Part shown: positions 51,156-64,000 of the stretch, in pieces
How positions within the stretch are numbered: position 1 is the stretch's first letter
How the letters are laid out: each line of letters begins with the position of its first letter
Source of the DNA: Podarcis erhardii
Lineage: Eukaryota
Reading direction: 5' to 3' (one strand)
DNA length: 64,000 bases
Assembly: GCA_964252035.1 (NCBI GenBank)
Contig: CAXUOO010000145.1
Position numbers and translations under genes: made by a program
The notes under the pieces: model-generated
Told to the model about the DNA's origin: nothing
Database searches by the model: none
Seen by the model: the letters and a program-made list of their open reading frames with translations, nothing else

Positions 51156-54100
51156 ATGGAACGACACTGTAATGTGCGAATCAATCTCCCTGCAGTAACG
51201 TCGCTGCAGTTGCCGCAGCAGCACCCCCTGCTGCGAAGCAGTTGCACAAGCTGCTGCAGCAGCTGCAACAACAACTGCAGAGATACTATTTCAGGAATTT
51301 GTGGTGCAGCAACGTCCACCTCATCAATATCGTGCTGCTGTAATCACTGCAACAACAACACGCCGAGAGCAGCAGACGCTTCCGCAACTTTCCTGCTGCC
51401 TTATGGAACTCCATGTTATCCCTTTTGTAGATTCCCTCTCAGCAAAGCATTATCGCCATCTCTGCAGCAAGAGTGGCAGCAGCAGGAGCAGCCACAAGAA
51501 GGGCAGAAAACTCAGCGTTCTCTGCAGCTGCCTGCACAAACTGTGCAACAGCATCAGCAGCATCAACAGCTTCCGCTCCCACGAAAGCGGAAGAGACGTC
51601 GGCACAGTGTATCTCCACATTTTCCTTTCTTGAATTCTTTGAGAAATGTTTCAGTAACAAGCACCAAGAAGTCAGAGTCTTTTTTCCCTCAGTCTCCCAG
51701 AAAGCCAGAGCAGTCAAAGGGCGTCCACTCCTCCGGAGCTGAAACAGAACTCGAGACTGCCTCTGGTGCTGCTGGTGCTCGCCGCACCAACAGAAACTCT
51801 CAGTCTGATGGTGGCGCGTATTTGTATATGACAGAAGCCGCGTTGGGTGCTGCTGAAGTGGCACAGAATCGTTGCAGCAGAAGATGCTGCGGTAGTGCCG
51901 CGGTAGCGCCTTTCCTCACAGCACACAGCAGTAGCACCAGCAGCAAGCAAAAAAAGACCTGCAGCAGCCCTTGTAGCAGTGATTGTTGCAGCAGCTGGAC
52001 AGGCGACGGCAACAACCAGAAAGGCGGGGGTTTGCCTGTTTTTTCGTCTGTAGAAGCTGCTGGCGCACACGCTCTCAAAAAAGTAGCGTGCGTATCTCGA
52101 TGTGTGCTGTTGCTTGTCAGCCTGGTGCTGCCTTTCTGTAGCGTGTTTTTTTCTTCAGACTCTTTTTTCTCAGAGACGCAGCACTGCGTTGTTCAGTCCT
52201 CCGTGTGGTTGCCTCACTCCGCAGCAGAGCAGGGCAACAGCAGACGTCCGCTGCTGCCACAAACTGAAGCAACTCGCAACAACAGAGCGCAGTTGCTGCC
52301 ACTTCTGCTGTGGGCTGAGGCAGCAGCAGCAGCTGCAGAACTGCCGAAGTCGAAGCAGCAGCCTCTGCAACTGAAAGTCGGACCTGCACAGGTGCTGCTG
52401 CCAGCGAGACCGACGCTGTCGGGGCAGCAAGACCCACGCGGGGGGGAAGCGGCCGCAGTCGTGGGCCTGTACTCGTTGCCTGTACGTACACTGCTCCGAG
52501 TGAACAGTGGGCCCAGACGTGAGTCCCACCAGCACCAGCACCACCACCAGCAGCAGCAGCAGCCGGAGGAGGAGGAGGAAGGCTGTTTCTTCTGGTCGGT
52601 TCAGCACCCTGAACTCTTCACTTTGTTGCAGCCGAACTGTCTGCCCTCGCAGCCGGCAGCTGCATGCGCCCTCTCTGCTCCACAAGCAGGAGCAGCACTT
52701 GCAGCACCTGAGCACCACCACCAGTACCAGTCCCCCGCCCCCCCCCCCCAGCAGCAGCCACTTTGTCTCTCGAGTGTGTTGATCGAAGCAACCCCGCAGC
52801 CAAGTGCTCTGTCAGTGGCGCCCCGTGGACGCTCTTGGATCTTCGTCTCTGCCAGCAGCAGCAACAGCTACAGTAGTGCTGGTGGGAGAAGTGGTAGTAG
52901 CCACCCGGCAACAGAAGCAGCAGCATTAGCAGCCACAGGAGGCAACTGGGGCACCCACAGACAGCCTCCTCCGCAGTTGCTGCGAGTGCAGGCAGTGGTT
53001 GCGAGCATTGCGCGACTGAGTTTCCGCACGCGAGACAGACGACTGGCAGTTGGACAGCTAGCGGACGTGGGCGTCGAAGCCTACGACAGAGAAGGCAACG
53101 CCTTCACCACCTTGGAAGGAGTTGTGTTTGACTGGCGAATCATCGAGGGCGAGCAGCAGATCCTGCAGCCTGAAGACATCTCGAGCGACGTCGCGGCTGC
53201 CTCTCCCACTCGCAGACTGCTGGAACAGCGCGCCAGACAGCTCGAGCAGCAAACACAGGCAGCCACCACCGCCACAGCAGCAGCAGCAGGCGGCAGCGTG
53301 AGCAGTAGTGGCAATAGTAGTAGCAGTACCAGTAGTAGTAGTCGCCGAAGAGGCTGGGAGGCAGCCAGCAGCAGCAGCGGCAGCGGCAGTGGGCGGGGGG
53401 AAGCAGCAGGAGCTGGAGCAGGAGAGAAGCAGTATCTGCAGCGCAGTGATGTGTTGTTGGTGAGAGGCCTGCGCACTGGTCGAGCTACAGTGGTTGTGCG
53501 TCTCGCAGTTCCCCCGTCTCCCACAGCAGGTGGCGGCAGTGCAGCTGCTTTGGTGGTCGTCGAAGAGGCGCGCGTGTCTTTCACAGTGCACGAGCCGGTG
53601 CTGCTGCTGCCCACCTTTCAGCTCTTGCCTCCTGCTGCGCTTTACCAATACGCACTGTTGCGACTCGTCGACGACGCTCAGCAGCAACAACAGCAGCAGC
53701 AGCCACAGCAGCTAGAGGCCCCCGTCGACTCGCAGCTGCCCACGGAACTCGCAGACGCTGCAGCGGCTTTCGAGCAGCAGACTCCCCACCAGCACACACC
53801 CCCAGGGAGACTGAGCAGTGACAGTAGTAACAATACTAGTAATAACAGTACGAGTAGGAGGAGTGTTCGACCAGTCGCCACAGCAGCAGCAGCAGTGTAC
53901 GTGGACTTGCCGTCTGCGCACTGGCGCTTCGCAGCACACGACGTCGCCGTGTACGACGCCCACAGCAAACTGCTCGCTGCAGACGCGGCTGTTCCTTTTT
54001 CCGCAGAAGAAAGCAGTGAGGAAAAAAGCGGCAGCAGCAGCAGTGGTGGGGGTGGAGGAGGTTTTTCGGCGTCTGCTCTAGTGGCGATCGACGAACGGAC

Positions 54101-57100
54101 TGGCTTGCTGCGTGTGCTGACGCCTGCCACGAGGGCGACGCACGCAGCAGCAGCAGCCTCAACAGCTCTGCTGGAGGGCGCTGCTCGAGTGATTGTGAGA
54201 GACGATCGCACAGGCGATGAACAGCAAGCGGAGGTGCATGTGCTTCAGCCTACGGCTCTGCAGCTTTCTGCAGCCGACGTAGTGGCGGAGCTGCGCGGAC
54301 AGCCTTTGTGGGAGGCTCTGCTGGTGGAAGCGCGTCGACGGCTTCTTCGCCCTCGCAGCAAGTCGGTGCTTTTCGGGCTCGACGAGCCCCAGGGGCAGCT
54401 GCAGCACCACTACTACTACTACTACGCAGCAGCAGCAGAGGAGGAGGAGGAGGAGACAGGCGAGCAAGCCGTCCTCTTGGAGCAGCAGCTGCTTCTCCAG
54501 TTGACTGAGCAGTTGTCAGACGTGAAAGCTCTTCTTCTGGCGCAGCCGCAGCAGCCCGAAGAAGGGCCTCTGCAACACCCCCAACGACAGCAGCTTCCGC
54601 TAAGGCTAGTAAGCAGTAGCAGTCGGAACAGCTTCACTTCTAGTGGGAGTGGTGGGAGTGGTGAGAGTGGGTCAGAGGCTGTTGCTGCTGCCAGTGCAGC
54701 GACTGAGAAGCGACCCGCTGCAGGAGCAGTGCAGTACATGGTGCGGGGTCGAGTGTATGTGTGGCGAGTCGACTTGCTGGCTGCTGGAGTTCCGCGCGCA
54801 GTGTTGTTCGCTCAACAGCAACAGCAGCAACAGCAGCAGACTGCTGAGGAAGGCCCTGTGCTCGACCAACGACGACAGCAACAGCAGCACCAGCACTGGC
54901 AAGAGATCAGTCGCGTCCGCATGAGTACTCCGCGAAATGCAGTTTTCCACTGGAGTTGCAGCGGAAGCGCCAACAACTGGCGAGGTGCTTCATCAGCAGC
55001 AGCTGCTGCAGCAGCTGATGCTTTTGTTTCCTGTGGACTTCAGCGAAAAACCGTCGGCCAACACGTACGTCACTGAGGCGAACTTGCGTATCCAGTGTAG
55101 ACAGATCGACTCACGTATTTTTGCGTTACCTAACCTTACGCGTGGAATTGAGCTCTACACAACTCTGTGCATCTGCACGCCTGTATGTGTCTACTTCCTT
55201 CGTTACTGCGCGTAAACTTCATATAATAGAGAGAAAGAGGGGCGGGGAAAGCGAGAGAGAGATCAGCACTTTATTGTGCTGAAATGCGCTCGGATACACA
55301 GCAGTACGTAATAAACAAGTGCGAAATTGTGTCTCACACACAGCTATCCATCCTACGAAGCTCCTGTGATTTTGGGCTCTGCTTCTGTGGCTTGTAGCTT
55401 TCTTCTGTGTGACCAGTCAGGCACGCCAGTCGAAATCTGCTGCTGTATCGACTAGCGGCACACGGTGTGTTGCTTTTTTACTTTGCTTCTTCACTGCTCT
55501 CAGCAGTGTATTTCTATCCGTGTATACATATACACATCTTCGTCTGCATATGTTTGTTTTCGCTGTTGACGCTACTACTTTGGTCAGTAAATCGTGGTCC
55601 CTGAGAGGAGTGTTTGGCGTTGCTGCTGTTTTGAGGAGCAAAGTCGTGTACCCGTTATTTGCTGTTATACTTCCGGTGAGCAGCGTGAATACAAAGCATG
55701 TATACATATATATACTTTTTTTTTTCTTACATAATTGCCATTTTTTGTGTGTGGATATGCTTTTTGCGTGGGAGGAATAGATGAGGGGAAGGGGCTGCGA
55801 GATTGAGTGCTCCACAATAGCTGAGCTTCATATATCCGGTGCTGTTGCTGGTTCTGACAGCTCTCCTTACGGTTAGCAGAGATACATCAATTTGTGCATA
55901 CTATCCAGTAGTGTCTAATGTGAGTTTGCGCGAACGAGATGATTTGAGACGGTTTTCTGCATCGGAGACGGAAAATTCTCATCACTCATGTATATATGGG
56001 ATTGAGCCATGAATGTCTCTTAATATGTATGCATGTCTGTACAAAAATCAATATGTTTGAACACCCACAAGAGTGCAGTCTCAATGCTGCGCCGTTGATT
56101 TTAGCTGATATTTTCGTTGCTGCGCCAATGTAAACATTCTAGCTAATATCGAGGGCGCGCCTGCTGCTGTTGCTTTCTGTCTTGCATTTTCCCTCTCTGT
56201 CTGTCTCTTTCTCTCCTCGGTTGAGTTCTTTTTTCGACGTTTTTCTCGCACTAATCACCCCCCTCCTTTCAAAACAGTGGCAGTTCTTTCTATAAATATC
56301 GCTCACTTCGTCTGCTCCCTCTTCCTCTGCTTTTCTCTCTCTCCCTTTGTCGTGTACCGTCTTCTCTCTCTCTCTCTCTCTCTCCATATGTCGCTTTTTT
56401 CTTCTTTCCTTCATCTTTCTTTTGAACTCTTTCTCTCACTTTTAGGTGTGTCCTGTTTCTGTCTCTCTGCATGTATGTACCTTTCACTCTGTATTTGCTA
56501 AACGCTTCCGCTCCCTTCACTGGGTAAAGTATCCTGCAAATCGTGCATTTTTGAGGATTCAGCTTGTGCTAGCGCTAGTTATCTTCAACGCTTTTATCGC
56601 GGAACTTTCTCTCAAAGACCTTCGCTGTCAACGCTCAGAACCACGCTGTCACCTCGAAGCGATTTAAATTACTTACCAGTGAAACCCGTGTGCGGCTACA
56701 CAAATATATATATATATGTATATGTTGATTTGTACTACACGTGGAGAGGGAAGAGGTGGAGCAGTTTTGTTTTTTTGGAGCTACTGGAGCACCGCTCGGC
56801 CAGCTGCACACTCACGAAAGTGTGTTGGTTCTGTTGCTGCTCTGACTTTCCCTCGACGCTGTATCGTGGGTGGGTTACTGCTGATATTTGGTAGCCCACG
56901 CTACTCGCTGCTGCACTCGTGACTGTTGTTGTTGGTATGTGTAAGAACTGCACTGAATCGTAGCAGTCGATGCATCTGTCGAAAGTCATTTTTTAGCAGT
57001 GACTTGTACAGCCTTCGCTGCTGCGCAGCAGTCTTGCGCTGGTGTCTGCTAAGAGAGCCCGTTTTTTTTTGCGCTGCTTCTGCCTTTCTTTTTTCCGTGT

Positions 57101-60100
57101 ACGTTTTCGTGCTGCAGACGCGACTGTGCTGTGATTGCGAAAGTCTTCTCCCACTTTTTTCTGCTGTGGGTGACTTGACTGAGAGGGTTCACTGTGAAGC
57201 TGAAAGTTTGTGGTGCGCTCTTCACGCCTGTTCTTCTCTCTGTTCGAGTGGGGATCGTCTTGTGCTGTTCTGCAGCCCTATGCATTCTTCCACGCCACGC
57301 ATCGAGCAGCTGGCACATTGACAGCTACGCTGCTTCATATAGGCTCTTCACTAGCAGGGCGAAAAAGCTCCAGTACTGCTAAAGCACTAGCGTCAAGCGC
57401 AGCTTTCTGGAGACCGCCTTCTCCGCTCTTCGTTTCCTTGCCCATTCGAGTGGTAGATCCAGTCGCACTGCTCTTCTTTCCGTTTGAATCCATCAGCAAA
57501 CCAACCAACGAAGACAGCTTGAATGGAGGGAATCAAAGGCATATTTGGTCTTCTTCGCAGCCACTGCTGTTGCCTCCTCTGCATTCTTTCACTCTGGAGC
57601 CCTGGGGCGGATCAGGTCTGAGCATGCAGTGTAGCAGTAACACTGCCCCTAGCAGAGGACTGCCCTAATTACCATACTAGTAGTAGTCGTCGTGTTCGTA
57701 CCAGTAGGGTGGAAACTAGTAGTAGTGGTAGTGGTAGTGGTAGTTGGAGTAGTAGTAGTAGTGGTAGTGGTAGTTGTAGTAGTAGTGGTAGCACGAGCTG
57801 CAGCTGAGACTGGAGAAGGTGCTGCAACAGTCAGGCAGTGGCACGGCACAAAGTGGCAGCAAGAAACAACAACAGCAACAGCCCCCCCGCATAGAATCCC
57901 AGTCTTATCTGACCTGTTATGTCTTCGGTATATGTTTGGTAGTGGACGAAGAACACTGAGTAGGAGCTGCTGCAACAGGTACAGAGTCCAGCAACGGAGT
58001 CTGCAGATATCTGCAGTTGAGTAGCAAAATCGATTCAAGCCACACTTGTATAACAGCAAGCTTCCCTCTGCCTCAGTGCACAGCTTTCAGGCAGAGAGGG
58101 AAAGGAGGCGTTGACGACGACTTGTTGCGGAGTGGTGGAGCATTTGCTGTATGGGGGGAAGCGCCAACAACAGCTTGGGGCGACTAGCATCAACAGTAAC
58201 TAAAAGATGCAATTTCCACCGCAGCTTCTGAGATTACAGAATTCGACTTGCTGGTTTCTTTCGAGCGCACCGCTCCCTTCCAGACTACGCATTTCCAGTT
58301 GTTGTACAAAGTTAAATACTGTATATTACGTATATGCCAGTTTGTGTCAAAAGTGCCTTCAAAGACTTTCAGCAGCAGCAGGCACATGATCGAAAAGAGG
58401 AAAATAATCAAGAGATCACCACACAGCAAATCACAATTGCGTGCGTGTCTCCGAAGTTGTCAGTTTGTGTGAGTGGTGACCCTATCACAATCATGTGGAC
58501 AGTATGTGTGCAGATTGCCTTGGTGGTGCTGGCTAGAGAATGTGAAACAGTGCTAGGACATGCATTGGACGACTCTCAGTGTTTTCTCTATCTTGCGCGC
58601 TGATGATGCTATTCTGATTTGTTCTCTGTGCTGATGCTGCTGTCGCAGCAGAACTTCTTTCTGGGGAAATTTTCTCATATGCCTAAACGCACATTCTCTG
58701 TCTTCTTTTTGCTCTTGTAGGTGAAATTTTTTTTCCCTTGTGAAGCCTATATGCACGTTTGAGTGTGTCTTTTGCAGTTTCTTTTTGCTGCCTTCTTTTG
58801 TGTGTCCAACGCTAGTCTGAGACTTATTTTTTCCGACCCTGTGGTTGATGTGCTTGCAAGAGTTCTACGTCGCTGCGGTTGATTTGACCGCGCCAGCGCG
58901 ACCCTTCTCTGTAAATGAAGGATAATTCAGCTGCGTTGTGTGTGCGATATCGTCTCTTTTGATGGAGAATTCAACTGCGTTGTGTGTGCGATATCGTCTC
59001 TTTTGATGGATAATTCAGCTGCGTTGTGTGTGCGATATCGTCTCTTTTGATGGATAATTCAGCTGCGTTGTGTGTGCGATATCGTGTCTATTGATGGAGA
59101 ATTCAGCTGCGTTGTGTGTGCGATATCGTCTCTTTCGATAGATAATTCAGCTGCGTTGTGTGTGCGATATCGGCTCTTTTCCTTGAGCAGAAAGTTGTCT
59201 GTGTCTCACGTGCAGCTGCTGATGCGTTGAACGTTTCATCCGTGCTGCAGCCGGAGTTGTGTGGGTGTCATCTGCTCCGTCTGCGCAGAAATTTCCCTGC
59301 AGATGATGTGCCAATGCCGTTTCAGTTTTTTTGAGACCTTTCTCTACTGGTGCGTCTATGCTGCTGTCTGTGCTGGACTGAACCATGCTGCTCCGACTGC
59401 GTTGAGAAGTGCTGCAGTCGAGAGTGCCGCTATCGCTGTGGTTTCTGCCTCTGCTGCTTTCCTCAGGTGTCTATACACTGACTTGTTCAGATGAAAACTT
59501 GGTGCACATCGTGCCACTGGCTGCTGCACGCGATGCACCGCCTTTTTCTTCTTCAAACTTGCTGCCACTGGCAGCACAGCAGCAACTTCTGCCGCTGCGG
59601 CTGCTGCAGCCGCGACAGCAATTTCGTATAGAAACGGCTGCTTTGCCTATTGAAAGAAGCGCCAGTGGTGCAGCAAACTCGACAGCTCGAGTGGCTGTAT
59701 TGAGGCTTGCTGATGCTTATGACCCAAATAATGCAGTCGAAGTAGTGGTGATAGTTGCTGCTGCTGTTCAGACTGTGAAGCTTCAGCTCAGCAGTTACTT
59801 GCTGCTGCAACAACAACCACAGCAGCGAAGTAAAAGGGCAGCAGCAACTGCAGCAGCCTTGAACGCGTTCTCTCAATCGGACGACACTGCAGCCCCGACG
59901 GAAGCGTTTGTAAGTCGAAGGAAGGTGAAGTGAAGCAGTTGACTGTGGACCCGCTCCTTCTCTATATATATATATATACCGTGTATACAGAGTTACATAC
60001 CAAAGTATCCGTGAGACTGCTGTTTTTTGATGAGAAGATATGCTGGTCCACATCTGCGTGTACATCTGAGACGACACTCACACACACATACACTCTCATA

Positions 60101-63084
60101 GCGGATCATCCATCACTTCTGTTCCATAATTGTGTGAACGAGTATTTTCACTGGACGCAGGCACATTTAGAGAGAGACATTTCTATCAGCTAGGTCACAG
60201 TTTCGAAAGTCAGACTTGATGGAGCTGTATACAACATGTGCACATGTATTGGTACACACACAACTGCGCGAAACATAGACTTTCTTTAAAAGTATGTAGA
60301 ATGCAGAGTCATTGTGTTGTCTCTCTCCTAGGCCATTGTAACCGCCTATGCAGAACTGCCCACGTCGCTCGACGTGCCCGCGCATGTACGCGAGTGGCTG
60401 CAGCAGGCAAGTTTCGACAGAAAAAGAAAAAGCAGTCAAGGAACTTTGCTAGCGGACGGTGCAGCAGCAGTGGCAGCCGCAGCTGAGCGACTGCATGCGT
60501 GGGAGTTGGAAGTGACAGAAGAGGGGAAAACGCAACAAGCTGCTGAAGAGGCTGCTGAAACGGTGAAACATGCATCAGAAGAAGGGGCAAAAACAGCGAC
60601 AAGTGCTTCTGACAACGCCTCGCTCGACTGGTGGCCTTCACATCACCCCCTCCACACTCACCCGCTTCAGTTTGCAGATTGCACTTTGCTGCCCCTACTT
60701 TTTATGAAACAACAGCAGCAGCAGGCAGGGGAAGGGCCACGCGCTGTTGGCAGCAGCAAAAGCGGGCGCTTGTTTTTTGGACGGACGCTCCCACAATTCT
60801 CTCGATCTCTGAAATGGTCGGGTTTTTTTGGTTTTCTGCGCTGTGCAAGGTCGAAACTCTGCAGTTGTGTAATGCGGTTGTAATTTCTGTGTAATCTGAA
60901 ACATGTGTACGTATACATTTGGAGTTCTCTCAATCTCTTGCTCTCTTTCACTGAAGTAGTAGTAGTAGTATTAGGGACTGCAGTCTTGTATGTGAGAGCA
61001 GGAGCACAGCAGCACAAGCGACGACAAAACAGCACCTGCTGCATTCCTTATGTCTGGCGAAGCGGCCAATTTGTCTCTGTTTGTAACGGACGTATATGCA
61101 TCTTCTGGGAAAGTGTCCTTGTGTGCGCAAGTGCATGAGTCTACTACACACACACACACAGTTCAGTTTTTCATCACCTATGAGTGTATCGTCGTTGACG
61201 CAAATACGTGTATACCATACACGAATCTTTGTGGAACGTATATACATGTGCTGTCGAGTGTGATCCTCGTTCAACGGACACTGACGTACAAGGTAGTAAT
61301 TTGATTCACGGTGTCTTTCTGACGGCTGTTGAGACGTGCTGCTGCTAGTGGTTTCTTTTCGAAGAGGTCCTGCTGGCGCAGTTTTTTCAGCTGCAGAAGA
61401 TTCGTCAGTTGTCGTTGCGGAACTGTCAGTGATTTTTTTTCCAGTGAAAGACGCTCGCTTTTGATGCGCGCGAAAACTGTGCTGGTACGGGTGTTAAGTT
61501 GTTTCCTGCTGCGCTGCAGCAGCTGTTTGAGACACTCTGGACGCATATTATACCTCTGCGAATACTTGTGTCTACATGCATATATATATAGACACATTGA
61601 TGTATACGTATGTGTGTGGCTCGCATGATCACAAGCTGCGATCTTTTTGCGCTGTTAGTCTGCGGAGACACACTGTTGAAGTGTGAAGTGCTGATGGTCT
61701 CCTATTTGTCGTGACAGTCGTCGCAGATGAGATTGCTGCTGCTGCGTGGATTTTCGTGCTGCAGTGCCTTTCACTGCTGCTTGACTCTTTCGCCCTTTTG
61801 TTGGTGTGTGGCTGCACTGCAGCACACTGCTCGTGCATCTGCTTTTCGCTCAAAGTCGTCGTTTCACAGAGCTCCTCAAGTAGTAGATGCTCGCGTTCTC
61901 CAAGCTTGAGGGAACTCTGATGCTCTTGCAGTTGAGCCGCTTCTACTACTACTACTACTACAACTACTACTGCTCCTCCTTTTTGCTGCTTCGTTGAGCT
62001 CAGTTGCTGCTTCTCCTCGTGCTGCGCACTGCTGCGCCTCCACTTTCTGCACTGCAGCTGCTGCTGGCAGTTTTGCGGCAAACTTTCAGTGCTGAATTTT
62101 GAGGTGTGTGTTTGTACTGTGTGTCTGTGCCAAGCAACCTGCAATTCCGTACACTTGTGGAGTGTATCGCCTACAAAGCGGACCGGTGTCTGGGCCCGCG
62201 CGCTTCACTGTCTCGGCGTTTCCCCCGCCCACGCCGCCAGCGCGCCGCTCACCGCCGACCGCGGCTCCAGCCGCCGCCGCCTTTGGGCTCCAAAGTGACC
62301 TGAAGCAGCAGTTGACAGCGTCGGCAGTGGTGGACGTGTTTCCTGCACTGCGGGCTTGGCTGCTTTTGGACTCCATTTTCCTGCCGCTTCCGCAGGCGAC
62401 TCGTCGACCTGCACAACTGCAGCGGCTCGGCACTACTACTACTAGCAGCAGCGACCACAGCTCCAGTGCCTCAGCAGCAGCAGTGGCAGAAGCTGAGACA
62501 GCATTCGTCGAAATAGAGCGACAGCTTTGGCTGCCTGCTGCTGCTGCTGCTTCGTCTACTGGTAAAGGGCTTTTCGGGAAAGGGGAAGCAGGCGAAGAAG
62601 ACGATGCAGCAGCAGCAGGTAGAGCGGCAGCGGGGCTGCCTGAAAAGACAGAAAAAGCGCACCCACAGCAGAAGCAGCAGCTACAGCCTGCTCTGTTGTA
62701 TGCGGTTCCGTTGGAAGCCGTGTGGGCGCAGAAACAGCAGCGGCAGCGCAGTTTTTCTCACGCAGGCAGTGTTCAGGAGGGCCAGTTGAGTCTGGCGCTG
62801 GGCGCCTCGCTTACTTTCTACACCAAAGGCGGGCCTCCAGCGCGCCCTGCTTTGTATGTGCAGCAGCACTTTGCAGAAGCGAGAAAGACTGATGAGGACT
62901 CTGCAGGGGCAGTGGCAGTTGCAGCAGCAGCAGCGGCAGACGCCAAGCGCAGTGAAGTGGCTGTGATTTCTGAAAGTGCGGGCAGTGGACGCGGCTTGAC
63001 GAGAGTCGTGTGTCTGAAGCCTGGAGAACACCCTGCAGAAGTTTCTTTGCGAGTGCGCAGTTTTCCCCGAGAGGACTTGAACGC
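51156..63084 (+). CDS. NUP210: Nuclear pore membrane glycoprotein 210 (gp210/Nup210) homologue, multi-exon, likely continuing past the window end
   Basis: Exon 51156-55064 (donor GTACGT) contains LKVGPAQVLLP, GCFFWSVQHPE, VQAVVASIARLSFRTRDRRLAVGQLADVGVEAYDREGNAFTTLEGVVFDWRI (cf. human '[21 protein letters not shown]'), DVLLVRGLRTGRATVVVRL and VSFTVHEPVLLLP. An exon ending 57615 (EPWGGS-G) joins in phase with 59467-59909 (GVYTLTCSD...LRLADAYDPNNAVEVVVIV). The exon from 60332 has AELP...FADCTLLPL. Exon ~62135-63084 (donor GTAAGC) has LTASAVVDVFPAL, LALGASLTFYTKGGP and VVCLKPGE. Some intermediate exons are unresolved. Confidence 0.82.
57717..57791. repeat. TAG/TGG trinucleotide microsatellite in a NUP210 intron
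   Basis: Mixed (TAG)n/(TGG)n run, read directly. Confidence 0.9.
58921..59180. repeat. Minisatellite, 44 bp x6, in a NUP210 intron
   Basis: Units GA(T/G)AATTCAGCTGCGTTGTGTGTGCGATATCGTCTCTTTTGATG start at 58921, 58965, 59009, 59053, 59097 and 59141 with 0-3 substitutions each. Confidence 0.96.
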
Positions 63085-64000
63085 GTAAGCGAAATTCTCG
63101 AAACAGCACTCACACTGGAACCGCAACAACCAGATGTATAAGAATACTCAGAAAGATACACAGTGCGACATACATACATACACACATCCTCCACACTGAG
63201 AAAGAGAGTCTTGTGTGCACACCGATGTCTCTGAAACCGATGTTTTTTCGCGCTGAGGGAGTGACTGGGCACACAAAACACCTCTATGTGTTTTCGGGAG
63301 TAGTAGTTTTCCTGTTTTGAGAAAAATCAACACCTCTGCATTGAGAAGCCTGCACAGCAGTGTCTACGGAGAGGCAAAGAGTCGTCACACACCATCTTAA
63401 AAAAACTGTGCAAAGCGACATTTTCTGCTGTGTGTGTTGGGTGAGAAGTCGACTCCACGAAAACCCCAATGGCGAGTTCGTCTTTCTTTGTGTGTCTGTC
63501 GTCCGTGCCAGACGAACAATCGTCGCTTCAGTGAAAGTCCTCATTTCCTGCGCAGTGCCGCGTCACGTAGAAATCTACCCACTGCCGCCACTTCCGCCCA
63601 TGGGCCCAAAAGCAGCAGCAGCAAATGCTGCTTTGTTTCCGCTGCGCCCAGCAACAGCCCACAACAGCAGCAACGCTGCAGCGAATTCTGCGAGCAATAG
63701 CAGCAGCAGTGGTGGTAGTGAAGAGTGGCAGCAAAGCAGTGCTTTCTTCAGGTACCCTCAAGTAGGCGAGTCACTGCCTGGGTTTTTCGAGTATCGAGAA
63801 AGGGCCCCCACTCAACAAGTGCCAGAGAAGGAGGAGGAGCAGCAGTTCGCAGCAGCGGCAGGGTCGGCGCCTTCTTTGTTTCTCTCGTGTCATCAAGACA
63901 GACACCGCTTCGCTGCTGTAGCTTTCGACGAAAATCTGCAGCCTGTACACAACTCTACCTCGTTTCTGCCCTCTTGGCAACTGCTTCCGCTACTCAGCGA

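Noticed and set aside
51300-55000. Numerous alternative-frame and antisense ORFs overlapping NUP210, the ApiAP2 gene and the first gene
   Set aside because: They are shadows of GC-rich, triplet-repeat coding sequence, which is poor in stop codons in other frames.
58921-59180. CRISPR-like array
   Set aside because: Units are head-to-tail with no unique spacers, there are no cas genes, and the context is a eukaryotic intron. It is a minisatellite.
1-64000. tRNA genes, intact retroelements and telomere-like AAACCCT arrays
   Set aside because: I saw no cloverleaf or T-loop context, no RT/integrase motifs and no heptamer arrays.

Overview
This is eukaryotic nuclear DNA from a coccidian apicomplexan. 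It has GT-AG introns, CAG/GCA-rich exons, (AT)n-rich introns, an ApiAP2 factor and a Toxoplasma-like RPL17 insertion. Low gene density, the absence of Eimeria-type AAACCCT arrays and Sarcocystidae-like cox1 motifs suggest a Sarcocystis-like genome (inference). Genes: a partial low-complexity protein (+, 37-3011), a CCDC153/DRC12-like coiled-coil gene (-), RPL17/uL22 (-, 4 exons), a single-exon one-TM protein (+), a two-domain ApiAP2 (-), pyruvate kinase II (+) and a multi-exon NUP210/gp210 homologue (+) that probably runs past the window end. The most notable non-genic signal is an old, decayed ~2 kb mitochondrial insertion (NUMT, ~45560-47520). It carries cox1, cob, a second cox1 piece, an LSU rRNA fragment and cox3, with cox1->cob on one strand and cox3 divergent. 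Several conserved genes have indels at short homopolymers, so the draft assembly probably contains errors; there is also a 137-N gap. No tRNA, CRISPR array or intact mobile element was found. All homology calls come from motif recognition by eye, without database searches.
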